This document shows positions 45,931 through 55,403 of a DNA stretch of 64,000 nucleotides, one piece after another. The notes beneath the pieces were generated by a model, which saw nothing but the letters and a program-made list of their open reading frames with translations, was not told the DNA's origin and made no database searches. The DNA is from Minisyncoccia bacterium. GTDB taxonomy: Bacteria > Patescibacteriota > Minisyncoccia > UBA6257 > 2-01-FULL-56-20. The stretch covers positions 194,246 through 258,245 of the forward strand of contig JBEKML010000001.1 of the NCBI GenBank assembly GCA_050008535.1, read 5' to 3'. How positions within the stretch are numbered: position 1 is the first letter of the stretch; each line of letters begins with the position of its first letter. Both the position numbers and the translations under genes were made by a program.

Positions 45931-46488
45931 ATGATTTTCCAAAAAACAAAGTTGGACGGTGTGTGGGTCGTCAAACTTGAGCCGCGGGTGGACGAGCGCG
46001 GCTTCTTCGTGCGCAACTTTGCAAAAGAGGAATTCGCCAAGAACGGCATTGACTACAATATCGTCCACATCAACCGCTCACTCAGCAAAATAAAAGGGAC
46101 CACCCGGGGTCTTCATTATCAGCAGGCGCCGAAAGCGGAGGATAAGATGCTGCAATGTTTGCGCGGCAGGATCTACTGGGTCGTCGTTGACCTGCGGAAA
46201 AATTCCAAGACATACGGGCAGTGGGTATCGGTGGAACTGACTCCCGAAAAGATGAACATGGTCATCTGCCCGAAAGGATGCGCGAACGGCATCCAGACGC
46301 TTGAGGACGATTGCGAGCTGCAGTATTTCGTCACTGAATATTATTCGCCGGAGCACGAGCGCGGTTTGCGGTGGAACGACCCCTATTTCGGCATTACGTG
46401 GCCCCTTGCCACGCCTGCGGTCATTTCCGAAAAAGACTCAAATTGGCCGCTCGTAGAGAAGGAGAATCTTCCGACGGTGACACTATGA
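45931..46488 (+). CDS. RmlC-like cupin sugar-nucleotide 3,5-epimerase
   Basis: dTDP-4-dehydrorhamnose 3,5-epimerase fold motifs. Confidence 0.75.
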   Translation: MIFQKTKLDGVWVVKLEPRVDERGFFVRNFAKEEFAKNGIDYNIVHINRSLSKIKGTTRGLHYQQAPKAEDKMLQCLRGRIYWVVVDLRKNSKTYGQWVSVELTPEKMNMVICPKGCANGIQTLEDDCELQYFVTEYYSPEHERGLRWNDPYFGITWPLATPAVISEKDSNWPLVEKENLPTVTL

Positions 46489-46493
46489 GTTTT

Positions 46494-47231
46494 TTATTTT
46501 TTTGAAGTATTTTTACAAACAACGATCAGTGTTTGATGTGTGCTTGGCCCCTCGGGAGCGACGGGAGCCATGGCGTGCAATTTCGTCATAACCGCGCTTG
46601 TGGCCCCGCGAGGCAATATTTTTTTCAGGAATCCCAACCGCCGTTTTAGGGTTCTTATCATCGGATGACGATAGAACGTTTGCCCATAAACGTTTTCGAT
46701 TGAAAAAAATTCGGCAAGGGAGGCGACAAGTTCCTTCTTGGTCAGTTCCTTTACGTGATTCGTATTCTTTATAGATCCGGGTTTTTCTGAAATGATTCTG
46801 TCGGGAGTGCTGATGATGAGCGTCCCATTCGGCTTCAGTACGCGCTTCAGCTCCGAAAGCATGGTGCCCTGGTTTATTACGTGCTCAATGGTTTCAAAAG
46901 AGACCGCTACGTCAAACTGCCCGCTTTTGAGCGGAATGGGCTTTTCGAAATCAACTTGCACGAATTCAACTTCGGGATAGTGCGCCTTCCCCCACGAAAG
47001 TGCGTGCTCGCTGCAATCCACTCCTACGACCCTCGCCGCTTTTTCCCGGAGGAGGTGCGATCCATAGCCGCTGCCACAAGCTCCATCAAGAACAACATCG
47101 GTCGGTTTTATAAAATCAAGCGCGAACGCATACCGCATTAGATGATCTTCAAAAAGTCCCTCTCCGCCGCCAACATCATAGCTTCTCCCCGTGGTTATTT
47201 TGGGATCAAGTTCTTTTATTGTCTTTTCCAT
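46494..47231 (-). CDS. class I SAM-dependent methyltransferase
   Basis: Contains 'VLDGACGSGYGSHLL'. Confidence 0.7.
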   Translation of the reverse strand: MEKTIKELDPKITTGRSYDVGGGEGLFEDHLMRYAFALDFIKPTDVVLDGACGSGYGSHLLREKAARVVGVDCSEHALSWGKAHYPEVEFVQVDFEKPIPLKSGQFDVAVSFETIEHVINQGTMLSELKRVLKPNGTLIISTPDRIISEKPGSIKNTNHVKELTKKELVASLAEFFSIENVYGQTFYRHPMIRTLKRRLGFLKKILPRGATSAVMTKLHAMAPVAPEGPSTHQTLIVVCKNTSKK

Positions 47232-47312
47232 ATCTTCTCTATTGTATTAGCGAACATGGGCGAAGACAAGACCATTATTGAAACGTGGCAGTAAAGAAAT
47301 TCTTGTGATATC

Positions 47313-47825
47313 ATGGGCGTGATGGAGGTTACAAAGACAAAACTTGAGGGCGTGCTTCTTGTGAAACCCGATATTTACAAGGATTTTCGCGGGAGCAATG
47401 TGAGCATCTACAACGAAGCGGACTACGCGGCGCAGGGCATCCCGGTCCATTTTGTTGAGGATAAAATTTCCGTTTCACTCAAGAACGTCCTGCGCGGCAT
47501 CCACGGGGATCCGGGCACATGGAAGCTCATTACCTGCTTGGAGGGAAGTATCTATTTGGTCGTCGTGAATTGCGACGAGAGATCAAAAGAATTCGGGAAA
47601 TGGGAATCGTTCACGCTCGTGGATGCGGATCGGCTACAGGTGCTCGTCCCTCCGATGTACGGCAATGCGCATTTGGTCTTGAGCGACCATGCAGTGTTCC
47701 ATTATAAGTGGTCGGAATATTACCATCCGGAGAAACAGTTCCGGTACTATTACAACGATCCGCGATTCAATATCCAGTGGCCGGTCAAGGACCCTATCCT
47801 TTCGCCCCGTGACGCGCAACCATAA
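47313..47825 (+). CDS. second RmlC-like cupin epimerase
   Basis: Contains 'KLEGVLLVKPDIYKDFRGSNVSIY…RGIHGD'. Confidence 0.75.
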   Translation: MGVMEVTKTKLEGVLLVKPDIYKDFRGSNVSIYNEADYAAQGIPVHFVEDKISVSLKNVLRGIHGDPGTWKLITCLEGSIYLVVVNCDERSKEFGKWESFTLVDADRLQVLVPPMYGNAHLVLSDHAVFHYKWSEYYHPEKQFRYYYNDPRFNIQWPVKDPILSPRDAQP

Positions 47826-47836
47826 TCATCAACCAT

Positions 47837-49009
47837 ATGAAACCAATAAAATATTATCTTGCGGAGGATACCATCGATAAAAAGGACATCGACGCGTTGG
47901 TCGACTGGCTCAAAAAATATCCGCGCCTTACGAAAGGTCCGCTCACGCCGCAATTTGAAAAGAAATGGAGCGATTGGCTTGGCCGGAAATACTCGGTCTT
48001 CAATAACTCCGGTTCTTCCGCCAATTTGCTCATGTTCTACGCACTCCTGCTCTCGGGGCGGCTGAAGAATAAAAAGGTCATCGTGCCGAGCGTCGGCTGG
48101 GTGACCACGATTGCGCCCGCGATCCAGCTCGGTTTTGAGCCGATCATGTGCGAGGCGGACAAAGATACCTTCGGGCTTGACCTTGACCACCTTGAAAAGC
48201 TTCTTAAAGAACACAATCCGGGTACGGTGATCATGGTGCAGGTGCTCGGCGTGCCGCACAAAATGGACGAGCTTATAAAGCTTAAAGAAAAATACGGGTT
48301 CATCCTCCTTGAGGATGCATGCGCGGCGATGGGGGCTTCATATAAAGGCAAGCACGTGGGCACGTTCGGCGACATGTCCAGTTTTTCCTTCTACTTTGGG
48401 CACCAGATTTCGACCATTGAGGGTGGCGCAGTTTCCACAGACGACAAGCAGTTCAACGATCTACTTCTTATGATCCGGAGCCATGGCTGGGGAAAGGACC
48501 TTGATCCCGCCACGCACCGCGCGCTTTTGGACAAGTACCAGATTGACGATTTCCACGCGCCATTCGTTTTTTATGAGCCGGGTTTCAATCTGCGCGCGAC
48601 CGACCTGCAGGCGTTCATCGGTATGCGGCAGGTGGACAAGATGGAATGGCTTATCGAACGGCGCGGCGCAAACCACGCGCTCTACACGCAGCTCTTGGGC
48701 CATCGCTTCGTGAGCCAGAAACCTCCGGCGGGGTCGGTTATCTGCAGCATCCACTTCGGGATGCTCGCGAAAGATGGCGCGGAACGGAAAAAGATCGTCC
48801 AGGCGCTGGAGGAGAACGGCATAGAAACAAGGATCTTTTCCGCAGGGAATCTGGGGCTGCATCCCTTCTGGTTTAATCGGTACGGAAAGTTTTCCGCGCC
48901 GATGGCGGACCGTATCCATTACAACGGACTTTTCCTGCCGAACCATCCGTCGCTCACGGAAGACGATATTCGGTTCATTGCCGACGTTGTTTTGAAGAGC
49001 GTGGCATGA
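47837..49009 (+). CDS. DegT/DnrJ/EryC1-family PLP-dependent sugar aminotransferase
   Basis: Length and motifs fit the family. Confidence 0.85.
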   Translation: MKPIKYYLAEDTIDKKDIDALVDWLKKYPRLTKGPLTPQFEKKWSDWLGRKYSVFNNSGSSANLLMFYALLLSGRLKNKKVIVPSVGWVTTIAPAIQLGFEPIMCEADKDTFGLDLDHLEKLLKEHNPGTVIMVQVLGVPHKMDELIKLKEKYGFILLEDACAAMGASYKGKHVGTFGDMSSFSFYFGHQISTIEGGAVSTDDKQFNDLLLMIRSHGWGKDLDPATHRALLDKYQIDDFHAPFVFYEPGFNLRATDLQAFIGMRQVDKMEWLIERRGANHALYTQLLGHRFVSQKPPAGSVICSIHFGMLAKDGAERKKIVQALEENGIETRIFSAGNLGLHPFWFNRYGKFSAPMADRIHYNGLFLPNHPSLTEDDIRFIADVVLKSVA

Positions 49010-50094
49010 AGATACTCTTCGTCCACTACAAGTACGACTATACCAACCGCTGGGAAAGGACCAAGCGGGGCTACCACGGCGACTATCATCTTTTTTATCT
49101 GCCGCTTCTTGAGATTGCGCGCAAAAGGGGACACGAGGTGCTTCCTTTTTGGATTGACGAGGTTATCGTTGAACGGGGGCGGGCGGGCATGCGCCAGGCG
49201 CTGCTCGAAACCATTCTTAAAGAGAAGCCGGACGTGTGCCTCTTTTACTCCGGCAACGAGGACGATTATATAAAGGCCCTTCCGGACATTAAGGCAAAGA
49301 GCGACACTGCCACCGTGTACAACGGCATGGACGACAGTTGGCGCTTTGACGATTCTTCCCGCCGCGTCGCTCCGTATTTTTCGTGGGTCGTGACATTGTA
49401 CGCCGGTGGAGTGTGGAAATACGCGAAGATCGGCTGCACGCATCTTGTAGCAACCCAAGTGGGAGTGAATACCGAGGCGTGCCGCCCTGTTCCTGGCCCG
49501 AAGGATATCGACGTGAGCTTCGTCGGCACCTGGAGCAAGCCGCGAGGGAAGATCATCCGGGATTTGCGGGGGGCAGGCGTGAATGTTTTTGTCCGCGGCA
49601 ACGGCTGGCCGGAGGGCGGCGTATCGCAGGATGAAATGGCGAGGATCATGTCGCACAGCAAGATCAGCCTGTCGCTCAATCCGCCGGCGTTCTATTTCGG
49701 CTGGCGGCCGATCGTCCGGCTTTTTCTCCGCCGGGCTTGGCTTGGGGAGGGCGGGTCTTCGTACAAGCTGGACATCCGGAATTTTTTCGGGAACCTCCGT
49801 TCGTGGTGGCAGAAAAAAATTCCCCAGATCAAAGCGAGGCATTTTGAAATTCCCGCGTTCGGGACGATGCAGATCACCCAGGACGCAGACAATTTGAAAG
49901 ACTACTATACTCCTGGAAAAGAAATTGTCATATATGCCGATACCGAAGATTGCGCGGAGAAGATCCGTTACTATCTTTCACACCCTGAAGAGCGCGAGGC
50001 GATCGCGCGGGCAGGATACGAACGCACCGTGCGGGATCACACCGTTGAAAAAAGACTGTACGATATGTTTTCCCGTATCGGACACCCGCTTTGA
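49006..50094 (+). CDS. CgeB-like (GT1 C-terminal domain) glycosyltransferase, hypothetical
   Basis: C-terminal 'CAEKIRYYLSHPEEREAIARAGYERTVRDHT'. Confidence 0.45.
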   Translation: MKILFVHYKYDYTNRWERTKRGYHGDYHLFYLPLLEIARKRGHEVLPFWIDEVIVERGRAGMRQALLETILKEKPDVCLFYSGNEDDYIKALPDIKAKSDTATVYNGMDDSWRFDDSSRRVAPYFSWVVTLYAGGVWKYAKIGCTHLVATQVGVNTEACRPVPGPKDIDVSFVGTWSKPRGKIIRDLRGAGVNVFVRGNGWPEGGVSQDEMARIMSHSKISLSLNPPAFYFGWRPIVRLFLRRAWLGEGGSSYKLDIRNFFGNLRSWWQKKIPQIKARHFEIPAFGTMQITQDADNLKDYYTPGKEIVIYADTEDCAEKIRYYLSHPEEREAIARAGYERTVRDHTVEKRLYDMFSRIGHPL

Positions 50095-50121
50095 CCCGCT
50101 TCGCGAAAATAGTATATTATA

Positions 50122-51078
50122 TTGCCATCCATGACTAAAGCGAAAAAAGTGCTTGTGACGGGCGGTGCCGGCTATATCGGCTCCGTTCTGGTGCCGGAAC
50201 TTTTGCGCGCGGGCCACGAAGTGACGGTGATCGATAATTTCATGTACGGCCAGCATTCATTGCTTGATGTGTGCCATTTAAACGTGCTTACGATTGTCCG
50301 CGGCGACGCGCGTGACGAGAAATTGGTGAAGAAACATCTGGAGGGCAAGGATTTTATCATCCCCTTGGCCTGTATCGTCGGTGCGCCCGCGTGCGATGCC
50401 GATCCCATTGCCGCTACGAGCATCAACCGCGATGCGGTGCTCATGCTTTTGAAATTGCGGACCCCGGAGCAAAAGATCATATTCCCAAACACGAACAGCG
50501 GCTACGGCCGGATGCAGGAGGGCGTTGCGTATTGCGACGAGACGAGCCCGCTTGAGCCGGTGTCGCTGTACGGCAAGCTCAAAGTGGAGACCGAAAAGGC
50601 GCTTCTTGCCGCCGGCAACGCGATCACGCTCCGCCTTGCTACGGTTTTCGGCGCAAGTCCCCGCATGCGTATGGACCTTTTGGTGAACGATTTCGTGTAT
50701 CGCGCGCTCGTTGACCGCACCGCCGTGCTTTTTGAACCGCACTTCAAGCGCAATTATATCCACGTGCGCGACGTTGCGCGGGCATTCATGCACGCGATGG
50801 ACCATTTCGATGCAATGAAGAACGAAACATATAACGTCGGTCTCTCCGACGCCAACTTGAGCAAGAGCGAGCTCTGTGCGGAGATAAAAAAGCACGTGCC
50901 GCACTTCGTGTACGTGGAATCCGCGATTGGCGAAGATCCCGACAAGCGTAACTATATAGTAAGCAACGCGAAGATAGAGGGGACGGGATTCAGGCCGCAG
51001 GTATCGCTCGCGGACGGCATTGCCGAATTGGTGAAGGCTTACCAGGTCATCCGGAAGAACGAATTCACAAATCTATAG
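50122..51078 (+). CDS. NAD-dependent epimerase/dehydratase (SDR)
   Basis: Contains 'KVLVTGGAGYIGSVLVPEL'. Confidence 0.75.
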   Translation: MPSMTKAKKVLVTGGAGYIGSVLVPELLRAGHEVTVIDNFMYGQHSLLDVCHLNVLTIVRGDARDEKLVKKHLEGKDFIIPLACIVGAPACDADPIAATSINRDAVLMLLKLRTPEQKIIFPNTNSGYGRMQEGVAYCDETSPLEPVSLYGKLKVETEKALLAAGNAITLRLATVFGASPRMRMDLLVNDFVYRALVDRTAVLFEPHFKRNYIHVRDVARAFMHAMDHFDAMKNETYNVGLSDANLSKSELCAEIKKHVPHFVYVESAIGEDPDKRNYIVSNAKIEGTGFRPQVSLADGIAELVKAYQVIRKNEFTNL

Positions 51079-52215
51079 TTTGACCATTGACGCCGCCACT
51101 GCGCGGACCACTTCCGTGTCAAATGCGCTCGGAAGAACGTGGTCGGCGTCGGGATGCTTCACGCAGCCGGCGAGCGCCTCGGCGGCGCGGAGGAACATCG
51201 TGCTCGTGAACTGCTTGACCCCGTGGTCCAGGGCTCCGCGGAAAATGCCGGGGAATGCGAGGACATTATTGATCTGATTCGGAAAATCGGAACGGCCGGT
51301 GGCCACAATGAAGGCGCCTGCCCGCTTTGCGGCGTCCGGCATGATTTCGGGAATTGGATTTGCAAGGGCAAGAACGATCGGCCTTTCGTGCATTGAGCGG
51401 ACCATCTCTTCCGAAAGAATACCGCCCTTACTTACCCCAATAAAGACATCGGCGTCCACGAGGATCTCTGCGAGGCCGCCCGCCGCGCCGCGCGGGTTCG
51501 TGATGCGCGCCAGTTCTTTTTTCTCCGGCGTAAGGTCTGCCCTTTTTTGGTGGATAGCCCCCTTGCTATCGGAGAGAACAATGTCTTTTATGCCGTATTC
51601 CAAGAGCAGCCGTGCGACCGCGGTCCCGGCGGCGCCTGCACCGCTCATCACAATGCGCGCCTCTTCCTTCGGAATAGCGCGCAATTTCAGTGCATTTATG
51701 AGAGCCGCGAGAACAACCACCGAGGTGCCGTGCTGGTCATCGTGCATCACAGGAATGGAAAGTTCCGCGCGAAGGCGCCGTTCAACTTCAAAGCAGCGCG
51801 GCGCAGAGATGTCTTCCAGGTTGATGCCGCCAAAGACCGGCGCGATGCGCTTTGTGGTTTCAATGATCTCCTCCACGTCCTGCGTGGCAAGGCAGATCGG
51901 AAAGGCATCAATATCCGCGAATTTTTTGAAGAGTATCGCTTTACCTTCCATAACGGGGATGGCGGCTTCCGCGCCGAGGTTTCCAAGCCCCAGGATCGCG
52001 GAGCCGTCGGAGACCACGGCGATCGTATTGTGTTTCAGCGTGTATTCGCGTGCGGACTCCGGATTCTTGCCGATTTCAACACTTACCTGCGCGACGCCCG
52101 GCGTGTACGCAAGAGAAAGATCGTCCTTGTTCTCGATGGGCACCTTGCTTCGCACCTCCAGCTTCCCATGATGCTTTTTGTGCAAAGCAAGCGCGTCTTC
52201 GTACACCTTATCCAT
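51073..52215 (-). CDS. NAD(P)-dependent malic enzyme
   Basis: Contains 'LSLAYTPGVA…'; the start is assigned to the internal Met. Confidence 0.85.
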   Translation of the reverse strand: MDKVYEDALALHKKHHGKLEVRSKVPIENKDDLSLAYTPGVAQVSVEIGKNPESAREYTLKHNTIAVVSDGSAILGLGNLGAEAAIPVMEGKAILFKKFADIDAFPICLATQDVEEIIETTKRIAPVFGGINLEDISAPRCFEVERRLRAELSIPVMHDDQHGTSVVVLAALINALKLRAIPKEEARIVMSGAGAAGTAVARLLLEYGIKDIVLSDSKGAIHQKRADLTPEKKELARITNPRGAAGGLAEILVDADVFIGVSKGGILSEEMVRSMHERPIVLALANPIPEIMPDAAKRAGAFIVATGRSDFPNQINNVLAFPGIFRGALDHGVKQFTSTMFLRAAEALAGCVKHPDADHVLPSAFDTEVVRAVAASMVKL

Positions 52216-52300
52216 GCAGTAATCATACCTTTGCGACCAGGAAGAATAAAGCGCGGCAGAGCTTGAAAAAATAAACCACATCAAGTATCCTTGTTCTGTT

Positions 52301-52912
52301 ATGACCAAAGAAGAGCTGATTGCGTTTGAGGCGGAGATAGCCGATATTTATTGCGCCGGGAAGATCAAGGCGCCTATCCACCTTTCCGACGGGAACGAGG
52401 AACCGCTTATTGATATATTCAAAAAGATCAAAAGCGACGATTGGGTCTTTTCTACGTGGAGAAGCCATTATCACGCACTCCTGCACGGCATCCCGAGGGA
52501 GCTTGTAAAGGAAGAAATTTTAAAAGGGAACAGCATTACGCTTTGCTTCCCGGAACACCGGTTTTTCACGTCGGCGATCGTGGGCGGCATTGTCCCCATC
52601 GCTGTCGGCACGGCGCTTGCAATCAAAAGAAAAAAGGAAAACCAGCATGTATGGTGTTTTGTCGGCGACATGACCGCCGAAGCGGGGATCTTTTACGAGA
52701 ACGTGAAGTATGCCGATAATTTCGGGCTGCCGATCACGTTTGTGATCGAAGACAACGATGTAAGCGTGGGAACGCCGACGGACACGGTATGGGGCTATGA
52801 CAAAGCGAAACAAAAGCCGGATTACCTTTCATGGAACCGGAGCAATATTATTTATTACCACTATAAGAAAAAATGGCCGCATGTCGGGGCGGGCAAATGG
52901 GTGACTTTTTAA
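52301..52912 (+). CDS. minimal TPP-binding E1-alpha-like subunit
   Basis: Contains 'FVGDMTAEAGIFYENVKYADNFGLPITFVIEDNDVSVGT' (GDG…N TPP motif). Confidence 0.6.
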   Translation: MTKEELIAFEAEIADIYCAGKIKAPIHLSDGNEEPLIDIFKKIKSDDWVFSTWRSHYHALLHGIPRELVKEEILKGNSITLCFPEHRFFTSAIVGGIVPIAVGTALAIKRKKENQHVWCFVGDMTAEAGIFYENVKYADNFGLPITFVIEDNDVSVGTPTDTVWGYDKAKQKPDYLSWNRSNIIYYHYKKKWPHVGAGKWVTF

Positions 52913-53449
52913 ATGAAATATTCCGAAGAGATAAAAAGAGCAATGGAGCTTCTCGCCGCGCACCCGCAGACGATCTTTATCGGCCAGAGCGTGGCATATC
53001 CGGGCAATGCGATCTACACGCTGCTCAAAGATGTTCCCGCCGAGAAGAAAATCGAGATGCCGGTATTTGAGGAAACGCAGATGGGCATTTCCATCGGGTT
53101 GGCGCTCGAGGGATACATTCCCGTGAGCGTTTTCCCGCGTTTCAATTTCCTTATTATTGCCCTGAACCAGCTCATCAATCATTTGGATAAGATCCCGCAC
53201 ATTTCCCAGGGGAAACTCAGGCCGAAAGTGATCATAAAGACGATGGTAGGGAGCGTCCGGCCGCTCGATCCGGGGATCCAGCACAGAAGCAACTTCACGG
53301 AGGCATTCCGGAGGTTCGGTGCCGATGTCGTCATTGAAGACCTCACGGAGCCCGAGATGATCTTTCCTGCTTATGAGCAGGCGCTTACCCGCAACGACGG
53401 AAAGTCGACCATTCTCGTCGAGTACGGCGATTACTATAACGAAAAATAA
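52913..53449 (+). CDS. minimal transketolase-like pyrimidine-binding (E1-beta-like) subunit
   Basis: Contains 'IFIGQSVAYPGNAIYTLL… EETQMGISIGLALEG'; its start directly abuts the alpha subunit's stop. Confidence 0.55.
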   Translation: MKYSEEIKRAMELLAAHPQTIFIGQSVAYPGNAIYTLLKDVPAEKKIEMPVFEETQMGISIGLALEGYIPVSVFPRFNFLIIALNQLINHLDKIPHISQGKLRPKVIIKTMVGSVRPLDPGIQHRSNFTEAFRRFGADVVIEDLTEPEMIFPAYEQALTRNDGKSTILVEYGDYYNEK

Positions 53450-53452
53450 TCC

Positions 53453-54457
53453 ATGGTTATCAGCAGAACTCCATTCCGTATATCGTTTTTCGGCGGAGGC
53501 ACCGACTACCCGGTGTGGTACCGGGAGCATGGCGGCGCCGTCCTTTCCGCGTCCATAAACAAATATTGTTACCTGACCTGCCGCTATCTGCCGGCGTTCT
53601 TTGACCACACCACAAGAGTGGTATGGTCGAAAGTTGAATTGGTGAAAAATTTTGAAGAGATCCAACATCCGTCGGCGCGCGAGACGATAAAATTCTTGGG
53701 CATCAAGGACGGCCTTGAAATCCACCATGACGCCGACCTGCCGGCCCGCTCGGGCCTTGGCTCAAGTTCCGCTTTCACGGTGGGGCTTTTGAATTCGTTG
53801 AATACCTTGCTTGGAAGGAGTTCTAACCGCAGGCAGTTGGCACTTGAGGCGATCCATATAGAACAAGAGAAGATAAAAGAGAACGTTGGTTCGCAGGACC
53901 AGGCCGCCGCCGCGTTTGGCGGATTGAACAAAATTACCTTTGGCGGCCCGGATCATTTTCGGATGGAACCAGTCGTCCTTAAGAAAGACAGCCTCCGGTC
54001 TTTTGAAGACCACATTATGCTGTTCTTCACCGGGCTTTCCCGGAACGCTTCGGAGGTCGCTGCGGAGCAGATCAGGCTCACCCCGCAGAAAGAAAAGGAG
54101 CTTACCGCCATGCGCAGTATGGTTGATACCGCCGCGGATTTTCTTAAACAAGGCAACTTCATCGATTTTGGCAGGCTGCTTCATGAAACGTGGCAGATCA
54201 AGCGTACGCTTTCGTCTCAGATCACCAATAGTTCCATAGATGAAATTTATGAGGCGGGGATGCGGGTCGGCGCCCTTGGGGGCAAGCTTTTGGGGGCGGG
54301 CGGCGGGGGATTTATCATGTTCTTTGTACGGCCGGAAGACCAGCCGCGCGTGCGGGAAACGTTGAAAAACCTTCTTTGCGTGCCCGTGAAGTTCGATCAC
54401 CGAGGCAGCCAGATCATCTTTAACAGCAACGGCGGGCATCCCGTGCGCTTGTCCTAG
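53453..54457 (+). CDS. second GHMP sugar kinase
   Basis: Contains 'ISRTPFRISFFGGGTDYPVWY'. Confidence 0.75.
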   Translation: MVISRTPFRISFFGGGTDYPVWYREHGGAVLSASINKYCYLTCRYLPAFFDHTTRVVWSKVELVKNFEEIQHPSARETIKFLGIKDGLEIHHDADLPARSGLGSSSAFTVGLLNSLNTLLGRSSNRRQLALEAIHIEQEKIKENVGSQDQAAAAFGGLNKITFGGPDHFRMEPVVLKKDSLRSFEDHIMLFFTGLSRNASEVAAEQIRLTPQKEKELTAMRSMVDTAADFLKQGNFIDFGRLLHETWQIKRTLSSQITNSSIDEIYEAGMRVGALGGKLLGAGGGGFIMFFVRPEDQPRVRETLKNLLCVPVKFDHRGSQIIFNSNGGHPVRLS

Positions 54458-55395
54458 TGCTCATGCCGAAGATCTCCATCCTCGTGCCCGTCAGGAACAG
54501 CGGAAAGTATCTTTCAGGAACGCTTGACACCGTGGTCAATCAAACGTTCACGGATTGGGAAGTGGTGATCAAGGACGGCATGTCCACCGATGACACGCTC
54601 GCGGTCGCGAAGCGGTATGCCGCGGCGCATCCGAACATCAAGGTCATTTCCGGGCCTGACGAAGGGTCCAACGATGCGGTCGTCCGGGCGTTCCGCGAAT
54701 CACACGGGGAATACGTCCTCATGCTGTGCGCGGGAGACGGCTACCTCACCGACCGCTGGCTCGAGATGTGCATTAGGGCGCTTGATGAGGATCCCGAGAT
54801 CTCGCTCGTGTGGGGCATTCCCTTTGATATGAGTGAAGAAGGAAAACTCCTGGGACCGCATTTCGCTTACGGGAATTTCCTCGGAAAGACGCCGGGGAAC
54901 ATGGGGCTTCTCAAGGAGCTCATAAAGCGGGTGGCTCACCCGTCCTCCTTTCTGCGTCTCGTGCGGCGCGCGAATTTACAGACCGTGCGATCGGTCGGCG
55001 GGATGCTCAAAAAGCGCGAAGTGCCGCAAAAACAGGATTGGTTCTGGTACTGGCTTGATACGGGCGTGCAATTCCCCGATGGCAATACCTGCATGAGCCG
55101 GCGCCTTTTTGAAGAACTGGTGGCGCCGCGCATGGGCGGGCCGTGGAAGCCGGGGACATGGACGAATTTCTATTTCAGCTTCAATACCCAGGGATATTTG
55201 GCGCGTTGTTTTCCTATTCCTGCAAGTTTCGCGAGGCTGACCAGGGGGAGGTTGAGCGATCAGCTGGTCGCGCGCGCCAATGTCGAACAAAGCGAATTTT
55301 TTGAAAAGCTCGCGGAATTCCGCAAGAAAATCAAAGCCCATCCCGAAAAAATGGTCTTCCGCGCGCGTTCCGGCGAACCGATCGCGGTAAAATAG
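54457..55395 (+). CDS. glycosyltransferase family 2
   Basis: Contains 'ISILVPVRNSGKYLSGTLDTVVNQTFTDWEVVIKDGMSTDDT'. Confidence 0.7.
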   Translation: MLMPKISILVPVRNSGKYLSGTLDTVVNQTFTDWEVVIKDGMSTDDTLAVAKRYAAAHPNIKVISGPDEGSNDAVVRAFRESHGEYVLMLCAGDGYLTDRWLEMCIRALDEDPEISLVWGIPFDMSEEGKLLGPHFAYGNFLGKTPGNMGLLKELIKRVAHPSSFLRLVRRANLQTVRSVGGMLKKREVPQKQDWFWYWLDTGVQFPDGNTCMSRRLFEELVAPRMGGPWKPGTWTNFYFSFNTQGYLARCFPIPASFARLTRGRLSDQLVARANVEQSEFFEKLAEFRKKIKAHPEKMVFRARSGEPIAVK

Positions 55396-55403
55396 TAAAT
55401 GCC

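Noticed and set aside
51299-52266. 290-aa and 239-aa plus-strand ORFs
   Set aside because: Antisense to the malic enzyme gene.
52829-54439. 299-aa and 225-aa minus-strand ORFs
   Set aside because: Antisense to the TPP beta-like subunit and GHMP kinase genes.
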